A stretch of DNA of 64,000 nucleotides from Octopus vulgaris (taxonomy: Eukaryota). Positions 25,641-38,430 of this stretch are shown one piece after another. Both the position numbers and the translations under genes were made by a program. Under the pieces are notes generated by a model that had not been told where the DNA came from, searched no databases, and saw nothing but the letters and a program-made list of their open reading frames with translations. Within the stretch, counting starts at the first letter, position 1. Each line of letters begins with the position of its first letter. The DNA is taken from the NCBI GenBank assembly GCA_951406725.2, contig OX597825.1:32178001-32242000 (forward strand), in the 5' to 3' direction.

Positions 25641-27210
25641 TTGACATAGTTTCTGTTTATAACATTCACTCACAAGGTATTATTAGTAAGTTTGGGGTCA
25701 CAAGAAGACACTTGTCTAAGATGTGTTCAGTGGAACTGAATCCCGAAACCCTATGTTTTCAAAGCAAGTTTCTTAACTACCCAGCTATACCTGTGCCTAT
25801 ATTTTATAAAACAATATTCAAATTTAACTTATCAAAATGTTTAACATAGTCTGATTCAGTATCAATACTGCATTATCAATACAATTAGTAGGTATCTTTA
25901 TATATTTTACACACACACGCACACACACACACAAACACACACACACGTAATTAAACCATACAAACAATTAATGATCCAAACCAAATGTTTTTCAGAGAAT
26001 CACTTTGGCATTTTCATTTTGTGTCTGTTGGTATTTCCTTATCTTTCTATGAATAAAATTCTGATCTCATTCAGAGACAATTCCAATTAATTCTAGATAA
26101 TGCTTATTGAAACACAGCCAGAATTTTGTGTCTCCAGGTCAGTTTTGTCATTAGAATAACTCTTTGTTTTGACCCTCACCCACACACCCACCTTTATTTA
26201 AGGCACCACCCCCACCCTCATTCAACTCCTTAAAGAATATTCCTCCTCCCTGTTCTGTTATTGAAAGTATTTCCTGCTGTTTCAGCAATCTCAAAACATT
26301 TTCTTGATTTATGCCATTCATTTTCTTTAAGAGTTTTTACTGCAAACAGGCAAGACATAAGCTTTCACACAAACGTTTCTGTCAGGTATTTGTTATTAGT
26401 GTTTATCCCTAGGACAAACCTATCATTAACTCTTCTACAGCAGAAATCAAATACATCCACTCCAGAAATTTCATTACCCTTAATTGTAAAAAGTAGTTTT
26501 CTATACCAGTCTATCATTCGTTGAGGAATGCTATTTTCAAAACTATTTTTTGTTGAGATATGTCAAGTTTATTGAGGCAATGTGACTTTCAGAAATTACC
26601 AATTCTATATTTCATTAGATATTTAACATCATTACTGGAATAACCATGATTTTTAATCATGCAGTAAAACAGGTTAAAAGTGTTCCAGCCATAATGCATC
26701 TATTTTCTTTTCAGGTACATTGTATTGAAGACTAACATTTTCCCATTTTCCAAAGGATACTTCTGTTTTTAAAGTTAATAGATTATGATTTGAAATCTAA
26801 GTCAGTGAAGGGCAAACTGTAGCCCTGGGGTGGTCTTTCTGAATGGCAGGATTAAATGAAAAATTACCTTGAATTTTTTCAGTAATGTGGCCAGCCCAAT
26901 GCTGAGTCATGTCTTGCCTCTGGTCAAGCAAAGCCTTGTGAATGAATTTGATAGATTGAAACTGAAAATAAACTTTGTGTGTGTGTGTGTGTGTGTGCAT
27001 TTGTGTGTGTGTGTATGTGGAGGTGCATGGCTTAGTGGTTAGAGTGTTACACTTATGATCATAAAATTGTGGTTTCAATTCCTGGACCAGGCAGTGCGCT
27101 GTGTTCTTGAGCAAAACACTTCGTTTCATGTTGTTTCAGTCCTTGCAGCTGGCAAAAGTGAGCAATCCTGCGATGGACTGGCTTCCCATCCAGGGAGTAA
27201 AGAACATATG

Positions 27211-27252
<42 letters not shown>

Positions 27253-27721
27253 GGTTACTGTCTCCTTGCCGCCACTATTTGTGATTGTTGTAAATGAATG
27301 TCACTACCATGCAGGTGATGTCCTTTGTTTCCAATCTTTAGTGAAAGCATGGAGAAAATATTACCTTATTTGGAAACAGATGAGAATTGGCATCTAGCTG
27401 TAGAAAATTCATCTGAACAAATTCTATCCAACTCATGCAAGCATGGAAAAGTGGATGTTAATTGATGATGATAATGACGACAATGATGATGACGATGGCG
27501 AGTAGGAGGAGGAGAACATTGCTGTTTCTTGAAATGATGAAGATGATGATGATGGGTTGAAGTGAAAGCATTGCATTGTATGAATGGCTCAGCTTCCTGG
27601 ATTTGCATATCTGCCCGAGAAGGCCTAAATGGATTTATTTAGGGAAGAGCTGGATTAAGGTACCCTTGTCTTTGATGAGGAGGCTGGAAGGAGGCATGGC
27701 TTTATCTTCATTTGATTCCTG

Positions 27722-27748
27722 CCATTAACTTTCAGGGATCCTATATAC

Positions 27749-27804
<56 letters not shown>

Positions 27805-28055
27805 TTATATATATATATATATATTACACACAGACACACACACATGCACACACTTACATGTTTTGTGTTTGTGTGCATACCATGTAGCATTTCATACTGA
27901 TATTTATTTGCGATCCTCATACATACACACATACATGCATGCACAGGCATAAGTATACATATACATACATAAAAGATGCATACTTACATAGATATAAATA
28001 TACATCCATCCATACATACACTCATGTATACTTATTAAGACAAAAGTATATACAC

Positions 28056-28116
<61 letters not shown>

Positions 28117-28244
28117 CACATTTAGATATATATATATATATATTGATATATGTATATATGTGTATATATATATATATATGTATATACATATGCACACTTA
28201 TATATATATATATATATACACATATATGTATTTAAATATATACA

Positions 28245-28282
<38 letters not shown>

Positions 28283-28440
28283 CATACACATAAGCACAAG
28301 GTATATACATGCATACATACATACATACATACATATATACATAAATACATACATTCATATTTACATGTATACATATGTACCAGACAAAAGTATATACTTA
28401 TACATGCACGCACACACACACACACACACATATACATTGA
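27722..28440. repeat. Large TA/CA-rich low-complexity array
   Basis: Dinucleotide repeats. Confidence 0.9.
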
Positions 28441-28914
28441 CAAAAGTACACACGCATACTTACAATGATGTATGCATGTATCATATACTGTTTTATGTCT
28501 CATGTTTGTGAAATATAGTAGTCATGTAAGCTATATTTTAGTATTAATGCTCATTTCATTGTTACCTATGCTACAAAATATAAAGAAATCTTCACCCCCA
28601 ACCCCAACCCCACCCTCACAGCTACCCCCCCCTGCCACCTCCACCCCAAACCCAACCTTCTGTCTCCGCTACCACCACTCCTATCTCCGCTACCGGCGGC
28701 GGCATCAGAATGGTATGTAGTTTTTATTAAGACTATAATATTGAAGATGTAACAAGTGTGAAGTGATTGAAATAGTGTGAAAGGTATAAGGAAGGAGTGA
28801 CTCGTATGTCTGGAATATAGAATTGAAACAACTGTAATAATGTCTTTTAAAAGCACCAAAAATAATTCCATTAGATGTAAAGCTTTCAGCAGCATCATTG
28901 CTGTCACGACCACT

Positions 28915-30500
28915 GCAACTACTACTGCTGCTGCTGCTGTTGCTGTTGCTGCTGCTGTTTCTAATTTCCACTGTCACTGCTGCAGTTGCTACTGCTGCTG
29001 CTGCTGCTGCCACGACCACCACTACTTTTGCTGTTTCAATCACCACTGCTGTTTACCATGGCTATCACTGCCGCTGCCACCACCACCACCACCACCGCCA
29101 CCACCACCACTGCCGCCGCCACCACCACCATCACCACCACCACTCCCCCATCTCATTCTTTCAACACCACCACTGTACCACCTCTGTCATCACCATCACC
29201 ACCACTGTACCACTTCTGTCATCACCACCACCACTGTACCACCTCTGTCATCACCACCACCACCCTGTGGCACCACGACCACCGGCACCACAACCACCCT
29301 GTGGCACCACAACCACCCTGTGGCACCACGACCACCCTGTGGCACCATGATCACCGGCACCACAACCACCCTGTGGCACCACAACCACCCTGTGGCACCA
29401 CGACCACCCTGTGGCACCACGACCACCCTGTGGCACCACGACCACCCTGTGGCACCACCACCACCCTGTGGCACCACCACCACCACTTTTACAGTTTCAG
29501 CCATCACCACCACCATCACCATCACATCCACCACCTTCACCATCCTCATTACCCCTTATACCTGCAACTTTCAGACTATCACCACCAGAGATCACTCTCT
29601 CCATCCATGCCTATCAACTGGAACCTCTAAATAGCTCCCCACCCAACCTTATCAACATTGTATACTATTTCTACTACTACTGCCAAAACGCCAGTACCAG
29701 GCTTTCTACCACCAAGTAGCCTAACCATGCCATCTATACCACTCTACAACAACCAACGCTAAGATAATGAGGTAGCCTCTACATGGTCTGTCGGTCTGTT
29801 AGAATTAGCAACCAAATCTCCCTCCAATCACACCTTCAAGTCTTAATAGAGGACTCATTGGATAATGTTGTCCTACACTTAGGAGGAACAGATGGGAAGG
29901 TCATGGCTGGGATATCTTTGTTCATTGGTGTGTTTGATCAGGATTGACTGCAGTGGGGGTGGGGTGGTAAACGATACCAACAACAACTTCAACAAGCACT
30001 TTCACCCATTGACCTCTTTCACCGCCATCACCATCTCTGCCGTTGCCACCTCCACCACCACCATCCTCATCGCTACCAAACCATTACTGCTACCACCACT
30101 GTCTCACCCCCCCCCAGACACCACCAACACCACCACCGCCATCATGGAATATTACAACTGATAAATACTACTATATCACCACTGCCACCACCACCACCAC
30201 CACACCACCACCACCACCACCAACAACTTTTACCCCTACCTGAAACCACCAGCTCTACATTTACTATCCCACCACCATCAACATCATCATCTCCAGCAAC
30301 AACAACAGCAGTAGCAGCAGCACCACCACCACCATCACCTCCACCTCCACCATTGCTTTAACACACAGCTCCACTATCTCCACCACCACCATCACTGTCA
30401 CTAACACTGCTATCACCATTTTCACTATCCCAGTAGCAGCAACACTACCTCCACCACCACAGCCTCCACCTCCACCATTACCACCACCACCACCGCCATG
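28915..30500. repeat. CTG/CAC trinucleotide-rich region containing a 19-bp minisatellite (29262-29485)
   Basis: Unit ACCCTGTGGCACCACGACC. Confidence 0.9.
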
Positions 30501-31177
30501 GTTGTGCTTTGTTTTTACTGAGATTCTTAAATCTGGATTAAATCTTCATCTTCTATCACATGTCAAATCTTCTCAACATTTCTGCACAGAAACTTCTCTT
30601 TTCCAATTATCTTTAAATATTGCAAAGCTGTTATTCTTGTTCTTGTTGTTGTTATTTTAGTTGTTATTACTTGGTGGTGGAGGTGGTGGTGGCACTGTTG
30701 CTGTTGTTGATTAGACTTAGCATGACCCTGATCGAGTAAAACTATGACCAAAACCGATCCAACCTCCATTATTTTTGGATGTACGGAACACATTATCTAA
30801 TGTGTTCTTAGCTGTTATTTCTAAAACCTTTATTGACCACATACTGGCTTTCTCATCGGTTCATTGTTGACGTTCATTATTCTTGTTGTTATTGTTTTAA
30901 CCCTAGGTCATCCTTGATAAATCTGGCCTATTATTAAAAACTTTCCAGCTATGACCACCCATCCTGTCTTTTCATATGATCAAGACTGCATTGGCCAATG
31001 AATTTCTCCATTTTTGTTTTGCAACTTTGGAATATGATTTGAGGGAGGCTTGGCTTCTGTTTCTTGTAGATCAAGTAGCTACATAGCTACGCTGGTTGGC
31101 ATTTGTATTGCACTCTTGTTGATGGTATTTTTTAGAAGTTGATTTTAATATTATTTTCTTTATTTTCTTGTATTGCG

Positions 31178-31650
31178 TAGTGTAGGAGTGGCTGTGTGGT
31201 AAGTAACTTGCTTACCAACCACATGGTTCTGGGTTCAGTCCCACTGTGTGGCACCTTGGGCAAGTGGCACCTTGGGAAAGTGGCACCTTGGGCAAGTGGC
31301 ACCTTGGGCAAGTGTCTTCTACTATAGCCTCGGGCTGACCAAAGCCTCGCGAGTGGATTTGGTAGATGGAAACTGAAAGAAGCCCGTTGTATATATGTGT
31401 GTGTGTGTGTATATATATATATATGTATATGTGTCTGTGTGTGTATGTTTGTGCCCCCCAACATCGCTTGACAACCAATGCTGGTGTGTTTACATCCCCA
31501 TAACTTAGCGGTTTGGCAAAAAGAGACCAATAGAATAAGTACTAGGCTTACAAAGAATAAGTCCTGGGGTCGATTTGCTCAACTAAAAGGCGGTGTTCCA
31601 GCATGGCCTCAGTCAAATGACTAAAGCAAGTAAAAGAGTAAAAGAGTAGA
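31178..31650 (+). mobile_element. SINE family B with an internal 4x16-bp duplication
   Basis: GTGGCACCTTGGGCAA x4 at 31248-31311. Confidence 0.9.
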
Positions 31651-32170
31651 TTGCTGCTGCTGCTTTTTCTGTTCTTGTTGTTGTTGTAATTGTTGCCGTT
31701 GTTTTAGCAGTTGCTGCTGCACCTGTCATTATTTATTTTTTTTGCCACTTAAACTGTTGTTGTTGTTGTTGTTGATGTTGATGTGCATTTTTCTGTTGCT
31801 GTTTATTGATTGTTGTTGATTTTGCTGCTGTAGAAAACAACAACAACAACAACAACAGCAGCAGGAACAACAACAACAACAACAGCAGCAGCAGCTGCAA
31901 TACCATGTGCAGCTGTTCAAATGTGAATCAGTGAAATTCTTGATGGTTCATGTTTGAAAGGTGCTGGCAGTGAGCTAAATCTCTGCTAGAGAGTAGGTTA
32001 CTGTTTCAGCTTGTAATCCTGTTTTGAAGGAAAAGATTACGTTGTTTTTATTGTGATTTTTCCATTTATATTGACAGATAAGACAGATTCATTACATTTT
32101 TCCCTCACCTCTCACCACCGACCACATCACAACCACCTTACACACATGCATACACTTCCTCACGTCTTCC

Positions 32171-32202
<32 letters not shown>

Positions 32203-33096
32203 TTTATGTATGCATATTGGATTTAGTGCCCTTGTTAAATATTGAACTCTATTTTTCTGTTGTTAAATTTAGGTTAAGTAAAAGCATTAACTTCAGATTT
32301 GTGTTTCGTAGTTATTGCTCTGTGTTATTGCTGTGTGTTATTGCTCTGTGTTATTGCTGTGTGTTATTGCTGGTCGAGTCAAAGAAATGGCACTTCATTA
32401 GTCACCACTGGCACCATGTCTTGCCTGTTTTCCAAGACAATAAACTGCTACTGGCTTTGGCCTTAGTCTACCCAACCATGAATAGTAGGAACTACAGTGA
32501 ATTGTGAAGTGCAAGCAAGCACAAGATACTGTACAAATGACAAAGCATTGAATCCAATTCTGCCTATAGACCTAAAGATGGCATTTAGGTAAACCGTTCC
32601 AGCACTTACCAAAATGTCTGAAGATGCTCAATCATTCCTACCTGCTCTTACACTGGCAATGAGACCAGGTTCTAATTTAGACCCATGGTTGCAGAGCTGG
32701 TCTAGATTTTCAAGGCGTTTTTGGCAACTGAGGGTATAAGACTCATTCCTGAACAGGATGCCAGTGAACTGGCATCCTGGCTTAACCGCCCCCTCCCCCC
32801 ACCTGTTGCTTCTACTCGTTTTTTCCAGCTGAGTGAACTGAAGCAACGTGGAATGAAGTATCATGCCAAAGGACACAGTATGCTGCCTGGTCAAGACTCA
32901 AACCCATGACCTAGTGTTCTTCAGCCTACACCTTGACCAGTTGGCCACTTGCCATCCCGATTTGGACTAGAGGTAGCTGATGCAATATTTTGTCTGGTAA
33001 TCATTGTGTAGAGTGATGCAACAGAATAATGTGTTTGATGCACATATTGATGGCTGTTGATGTAAGGTTTTGGCTAGTAATCAACATGTAGAATGA

Positions 33097-33398
33097 GTTC
33101 TCATTCTTAAGGTATTTTTCGATATCATTATTATTAATATTATTACTATTCAGGTCACTGCCTGGAATTGAACTCAGAATTTTGGTGTTAGTAGCCCACG
33201 CTCTTAACCACTATGCCATATGCACATGGGCAACAAACAAGATGAGGACATATATCTGTCAAATGTAAATAATGTAAATAATGTACATAATTCCTCATCT
33301 CTTAAATATAGAACTGGAGGTTTCTTTTAGTTTCTGTCTACCAGATCCACTCACAAGCCATTGATCAGCCCGGGGTTACAATATAAGACGCTCATACA
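33097..33398 (-). repeat. Inverted local duplicate of 34109-34411
   Basis: Reverse complement that includes the host-SINE/insert junction. Confidence 0.9.
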
Positions 33399-34189
33399 GG
33401 GGCATTCATAACTACAGGCACAGCTGTTGATGTAAGGTTTCTGCTTTGTGATCAGTGTGTAGAATGATATGACAGAATATGTTTGGCGCAATGATGCACC
33501 ACAACTGCCTGTAGATACAGGCTGTTGTTACAAAGTTTCACTTTATAATCTGCATGTTAATCGTAGCGTTGTTTTGGATAAAATATTTATGGGAAGACGA
33601 TATAAGAAATTTAATGGTGTGTGGAAGTGAAATATGGTCAGAGAAAATTAAGTATCTTAATGTGCAATATTACTTACCATATTACAAGAAAAGTTGTATG
33701 TCAGTGAACTTGAGAGCATAATTAAGCAATAGAGATATTGAAATCAACAAAATTAATGAATCATTAATTTTTTTAAAAAGTATATATATATTGTTTTATT
33801 GTTGTTTTTTTTCCACAATTTATTAAGTAATTGTTTTTTTTCTTTTTTGGTAATTAATTTTTCTGTTACCCCCTTGTCACCCTTCCACCATCATCTTTCC
33901 TTTTGATTAACTTTGAGGAAAGAGGGGTGGAGAGAGGAGAGAAACTTTATAGTTTATTGTAAGGAAATGATTTAACCAAACTATTTTCTTGTACAAGTAT
34001 TGTCTGGATGGCATGGCTCTTGGCACAGAGAAGCAGACATGGCTGCGTGGTTAAGAAGTTTTGTTCCCAGCCCTGTGCTTTTAGGTTCAGTCTTACTCAG
34101 TAGCACCTTGTATGAGTGTCTTATATTGTAACCCCGGGCTGATCAATGGCTTGTGAGTGGATCTTGTAGACAGAAACTAAAAGAAACCT

Positions 34190-34524
34190 ACAGTTCTATA
34201 TTTAAGAGATGAGGAATTATGTACATTATTTACATTATTTACATTTGATGGCTATTTGTCCTCATCTTGTTTGTTGCCCATGTGCATATGGCATAGTGGT
34301 TAAGAGCGTGGGCTAACAAACCCCAAGATTCCGAGTTCGATTCCAGGCAGTGACCTGAATAATAATAATATTAATAATAATAACATCGAAAAATACCTTA
34401 AGAATGAGAACCCAGGTTCGAGATTTCCCCAAGACACCTGATGAAGGCTGGAGGGTATATCAGCCGAAGCATTGTGTTAGCAACAAACAAGATGAGGACA
34501 AATATCCGCCAAATGTAAATAATG
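34190..34524 (+). mobile_element. tRNA-headed, hammerhead-bearing retroelement with an inverted terminal segment (Penelope-like, non-autonomous)
   Basis: A box 34289-34299, B box 34333-34344, CTGATGA-A-GGCTG..CAGCC-GAAG at 34438-34469, inverted repeat 34231-34277/34480-34526, 12-bp TSD TAAAAGAAACCT; sits inside a SINE B. Confidence 0.75.
34434..34478 (+). ncRNA. Minimal type I hammerhead ribozyme motif (degenerate copy)
   Basis: Stem I ACAC/GTGT, core CTGATGA, stem II GGCTG/CAGCC; GAAG in place of GAAA. Confidence 0.55.
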
Positions 34525-34546
34525 TAAAAGAAACCTGTCATGTATA

Positions 34547-34617
<71 letters not shown>

Positions 34618-35929
34618 TGTGTTTGTGTGTATGAGGAGATGCTGTAAAGCTGTTGGGAGTTAGGCACTCCTTAGCTTTTCTTAAAACAAGTTTCTTGAAG
34701 AGGGTACTGTTGCACCCACAGCTACCTGTACATTTTGTCCTGTATACCCCATAAAAGATGGTTTGGGCACAGTTGCAATTCTTTTAATTATAAATCTGAT
34801 TAGTCAAGATTGCTTTGGGAGTGAAACAACAACAACAACAAAAACAACTACTATAATCAATATGAGGCAATGAGGGAACCCCTTTGTGATTACTTAAACT
34901 ATTAGAAATAGCAACCAAATCTCCAATTTACAAGTGGCTAACTGGTCAAAGTGTAGGCTGAAGATCCCTAGGTGATGGGTTTGATTCTTGAACCAGGCAG
35001 CATGATGCATCCTTCAGCAAGGTTCTTAATTCCACATTGCTCTTGTTCACTCAGCTGAAAAAGAATGAGTAGAAGCAACAGGTGGAAGTTGGGGTGGGGT
35101 AAATTACACACTTCCTATCATAAAAATGCTTAAGAAAAAGATAGGATGGTCACAGCTGGAATGCCTTTGATCATTGGTCTGCTCAGTCAGAGTTGACCTG
35201 GTGCTAAATAATAACTACAACAACAACTATAACAATAATGTAAACAACAAGGGAGCCTGTATGTGGTCGCTCGATTTACTAGAAATAGCTGCAAAATCTC
35301 TCTCCAGTCACATCTTTAAAGGCAAAGAGATAGTTTGAATGAAATAGTGTGAAGCACAAAATACCTGGTGAAAAAGGACAGAACAGTCATGGGTAGAGTG
35401 CCTTTGATCATAACTTTATCTTTTCAATCAGGGCCAACCTGGGGTTATACAGCCAGAACAATAACCTCACTGCCAGCACTGGGCAAGCCTGGTACAGCTG
35501 CACCAAACTCACCATCAAATTATACATTTCCTCTCGACGACTCAATCAGTAATTACAGGAGATAACTGAGATTAGCGTCCTTGTTAATTAATTCCTGCTT
35601 TTGCTTAGTGGAGCTGTCAACAGGAGAAGGCGAGCATGGAAAGGCAGCAGCTTATAATACGATAGACATTTCGTTAACTTTTTAATTGGGTGTCTCTTTC
35701 TTGAATCATTTCAACTGTACCTTCCTGGCATATCATGTATGTGCATCTCTCTCTCTCTCTCTCTTTGTCTCCACTTACACATGTATACATTTGGTTGTGT
35801 GTGTGTGTTGTGTGTGTGTGTGTGTGTGTGTGCACATGCATGTGTGTGTATGCATATATATATTATATATATGTATATACTTGTATACATATCCATGTTT
35901 GTACATATAAACTTCAGTTTACCCATGCA

Positions 35930-35938
35930 TATATATAC

Positions 35939-35976
<38 letters not shown>

Positions 35977-35997
35977 GTATATATATAAACACACACA

Positions 35998-36060
<63 letters not shown>

Positions 36061-36065
36061 GTATA

Positions 36066-36108
<43 letters not shown>

Positions 36109-36302
36109 GTATATATATATATAACACATATATATATATATATGTATATATACGTATGTATATATATATATATATGTATGTGTATATATATATATATGTA
36201 TATATGTGTATATACATGTATATATATATATCATCATCATCATCATCGTTTAATGTCCGTTTTCCGCGTATATATATGTATATATATATATGTATATATA
36301 TG

Positions 36303-36347
<45 letters not shown>

Positions 36348-36380
36348 ATGTATGTATGTATATATCTATATGTATGTATA
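35930..36380. repeat. (TA)n expansion
   Basis: Dinucleotide repeats. Confidence 0.95.
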
Positions 36381-37033
36381 TTTGCCAACAAAAACAAATA
36401 CACACAGATATATAAATGTATACACAAAGAAATAAAAATAAAACAAAAAACCCACAAAACATTTTAAATAATGGCTGAAAGATAAAAAGAAAAACATGAA
36501 ACCAAACAAATTGTTTGTTGTAAGAATGTAGTAATTAGCAGTAGTTTTAAACATTCATTTATTTATTCTTAAATATATCTGCACGGTTTGACTTCTTCTT
36601 TGATTGTGTCAAAGTTTAGTTATTTGGAAACAGCTGTCCCTCCAAGAGTTGTTAGAAACCAGGTTTTATATATTTTGATTTTGCATGGAACATTCTTCCT
36701 TCTTCAAGTGCTCCCCATTGTAAATTTTTCTTATTTCTGGAATCTCTAAAAACTTTGGAAGGTACCTGGAGTTAGTTAATCATATTATTAAGGGTGAGTA
36801 AATTTTTAATATTTATTGAGCTCACTGGAGCGAGGATTTAAAGACCACCCTGAACAAAAAAAAAAAAAAAAAAACATCTGAGAAACCAAATTCATGTTTA
36901 TTAAACTAAATGTGAATCAGGTGTTGCTGGACTTGGTTACCTGTAGCAGATTACACACCTTTTTAGGACTGCAATCTACTATTTTCTTGATCTGTGTTAC
37001 TTGCTTGCTTTAAAGTTTGAAGCTTCAGCCCTG

Positions 37034-37261
37034 CCCTTTATTATTCAAACTGGTCATATCAGGCCCAAATATTCTGCCTGTTTTATATTCCAACCGACCA
37101 GGTCAGGCCTCTTGCACCTACATTCTAAAATGACATTCTAAAACTAAAACAATCACATCATTAAAATCTTGAAGCTATGAGATAAGACATGATTAATTCA
37201 AAAACAATGTGAATAAATAAGCATTACATTTGACAGAGTAATCTGAATGCTGCAGGGTTAA
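37034..37261 (+). mobile_element. TTAA/CCC-ended MITE family 1
   Basis: Ends CCCTTTA...AGGGTTAA. Confidence 0.7.
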
Positions 37262-37429
37262 AAGTACCAGGGATTCCTGCATACAAATTGACATAGGATA
37301 TTATGTAAACATGTTGAGTTAAACATCATCATTATTTTACCATTTGATTTGGAATTTTTGTTCCTCTAAAGTCATTTTGGTGTATAAGTCATCATCATCA
37401 TAATCACCACCACCACCACCATCACCAAA

Positions 37430-38430
37430 TCATTTAACGTCAGTTTTACATGCTAGCAGGAGGCGCAATGGCCCAGTGGTTAGGGCAGCAGACTCGCGGT
37501 CGGAGGATCGCGGTTTCGATTCCCAGACCGGGCATTGTGTGTGTGTTTATTGAGTGAAAACGCCTAAAAGCTCCACGAGGCTCCAGCACGGGGTGGTGGT
37601 GACCCTTGTTGTACTCTTTCACCACAACTTTCTCTCACTCTCTCTTCCTGTTTCTTGAGTAACACTGCGATGCACTGGCGTCCCGTCCAGCTGGGGGGAA
37701 CACATACGCTACAGAAACCAGGAAACCAGGCCCATGAGCCTGGCTAGGCTTGAAAAGGGCGACATTTCTGTTTTTTTCATGCTAGCATGGGTTGGATGGT
37801 TTGGCAGGAGCTGGCAAGCCAGAGTGCTACATCAGGCTCCAATTGTCTGTTTTGACAAGGTTTCAATGACTGGATGTCCTTCCTAATGCTAACCACTTTA
37901 CAGAGTATAGTGGGTGCTTTTTTACTTGTTACTACTAGTGGTGGATTTACACAGCACCAGCATGAATGCATTTTATGTGGTACTGGCCCCTGTAAAGGAT
38001 AAGCCTGTATGGATGGATGACTGTGATTTTACTTAGCTTGAGGCGTCTTCTCAAGTACAGCAAATCACCACATCTCCCGGTCCCTTGTCATTTCCTCAGT
38101 GAGACTTAGCATCTAAAGATTCCCTCGCACCACTTCATCCCAAGTCTTCCTGGGCCTATCCGTTCCACAGGTTCCCTCCAAAATTAGAGCTCGGCACTTC
38201 TTTATGCAGCTGTCCTCATTCATACATATCACATGACCGACCAGTGCAGTCTTCTCTCTTGCACACATCTAATGCCTGTTACACCCAGTGTTTCTCTTAA
38301 ATTATTTACACTCTATCGTGTGTGCACACTGACATTACCCATCCAGCAGAGCTTGCTAGCTTCATTTCTTTCAAGCCTTTGCAAGTCTTTTGTAGTCAAA
38401 GCCCATGTTTCACTGCCATGTAGCATAGCT
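37430..38430 (-). mobile_element. RTE LINE 3' kilobase, interrupted by SINE C
   Basis: AMLHGSETWALTTKDLQRLERNEAS..RPRKTWDEVV; (GAT)n-type tail at the left end. Confidence 0.8.
37459..37777 (+). mobile_element. tRNA-derived SINE family C (V-domain-like block)
   Basis: A box TGGCCCAGTGG, B box GTTTCGATTCC, CTGCGATGCACTGGCGTCCCGTCCAG block; TSD CATGCTAGCA. Confidence 0.85.

Noticed and set aside
29262-29485. CRISPR-like array
   Set aside because: Units are contiguous with no unique spacers, no cas genes, and the context is eukaryotic.
28840-29719. Long Pro/His/Thr-rich ORFs (up to 264 aa)
   Set aside because: Open in several frames on both strands because CAC/CTG repeats lack stops; no domain or splice evidence.
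32311-32371. 13-bp alternating tandem repeat GTTATTGCT(C/G)TGT
   Set aside because: Real but an ordinary slippage product with no further signal.
34285-34352. tRNA gene, and likewise other SINE heads
   Set aside because: A and B boxes are present but there is no acceptor stem or terminator, and the head continues into an element body.
35711-36467. 242-248 aa YI-rich ORFs, and similar ones at 6383, 27900, 39900 and 53900
   Set aside because: Translations of microsatellites.
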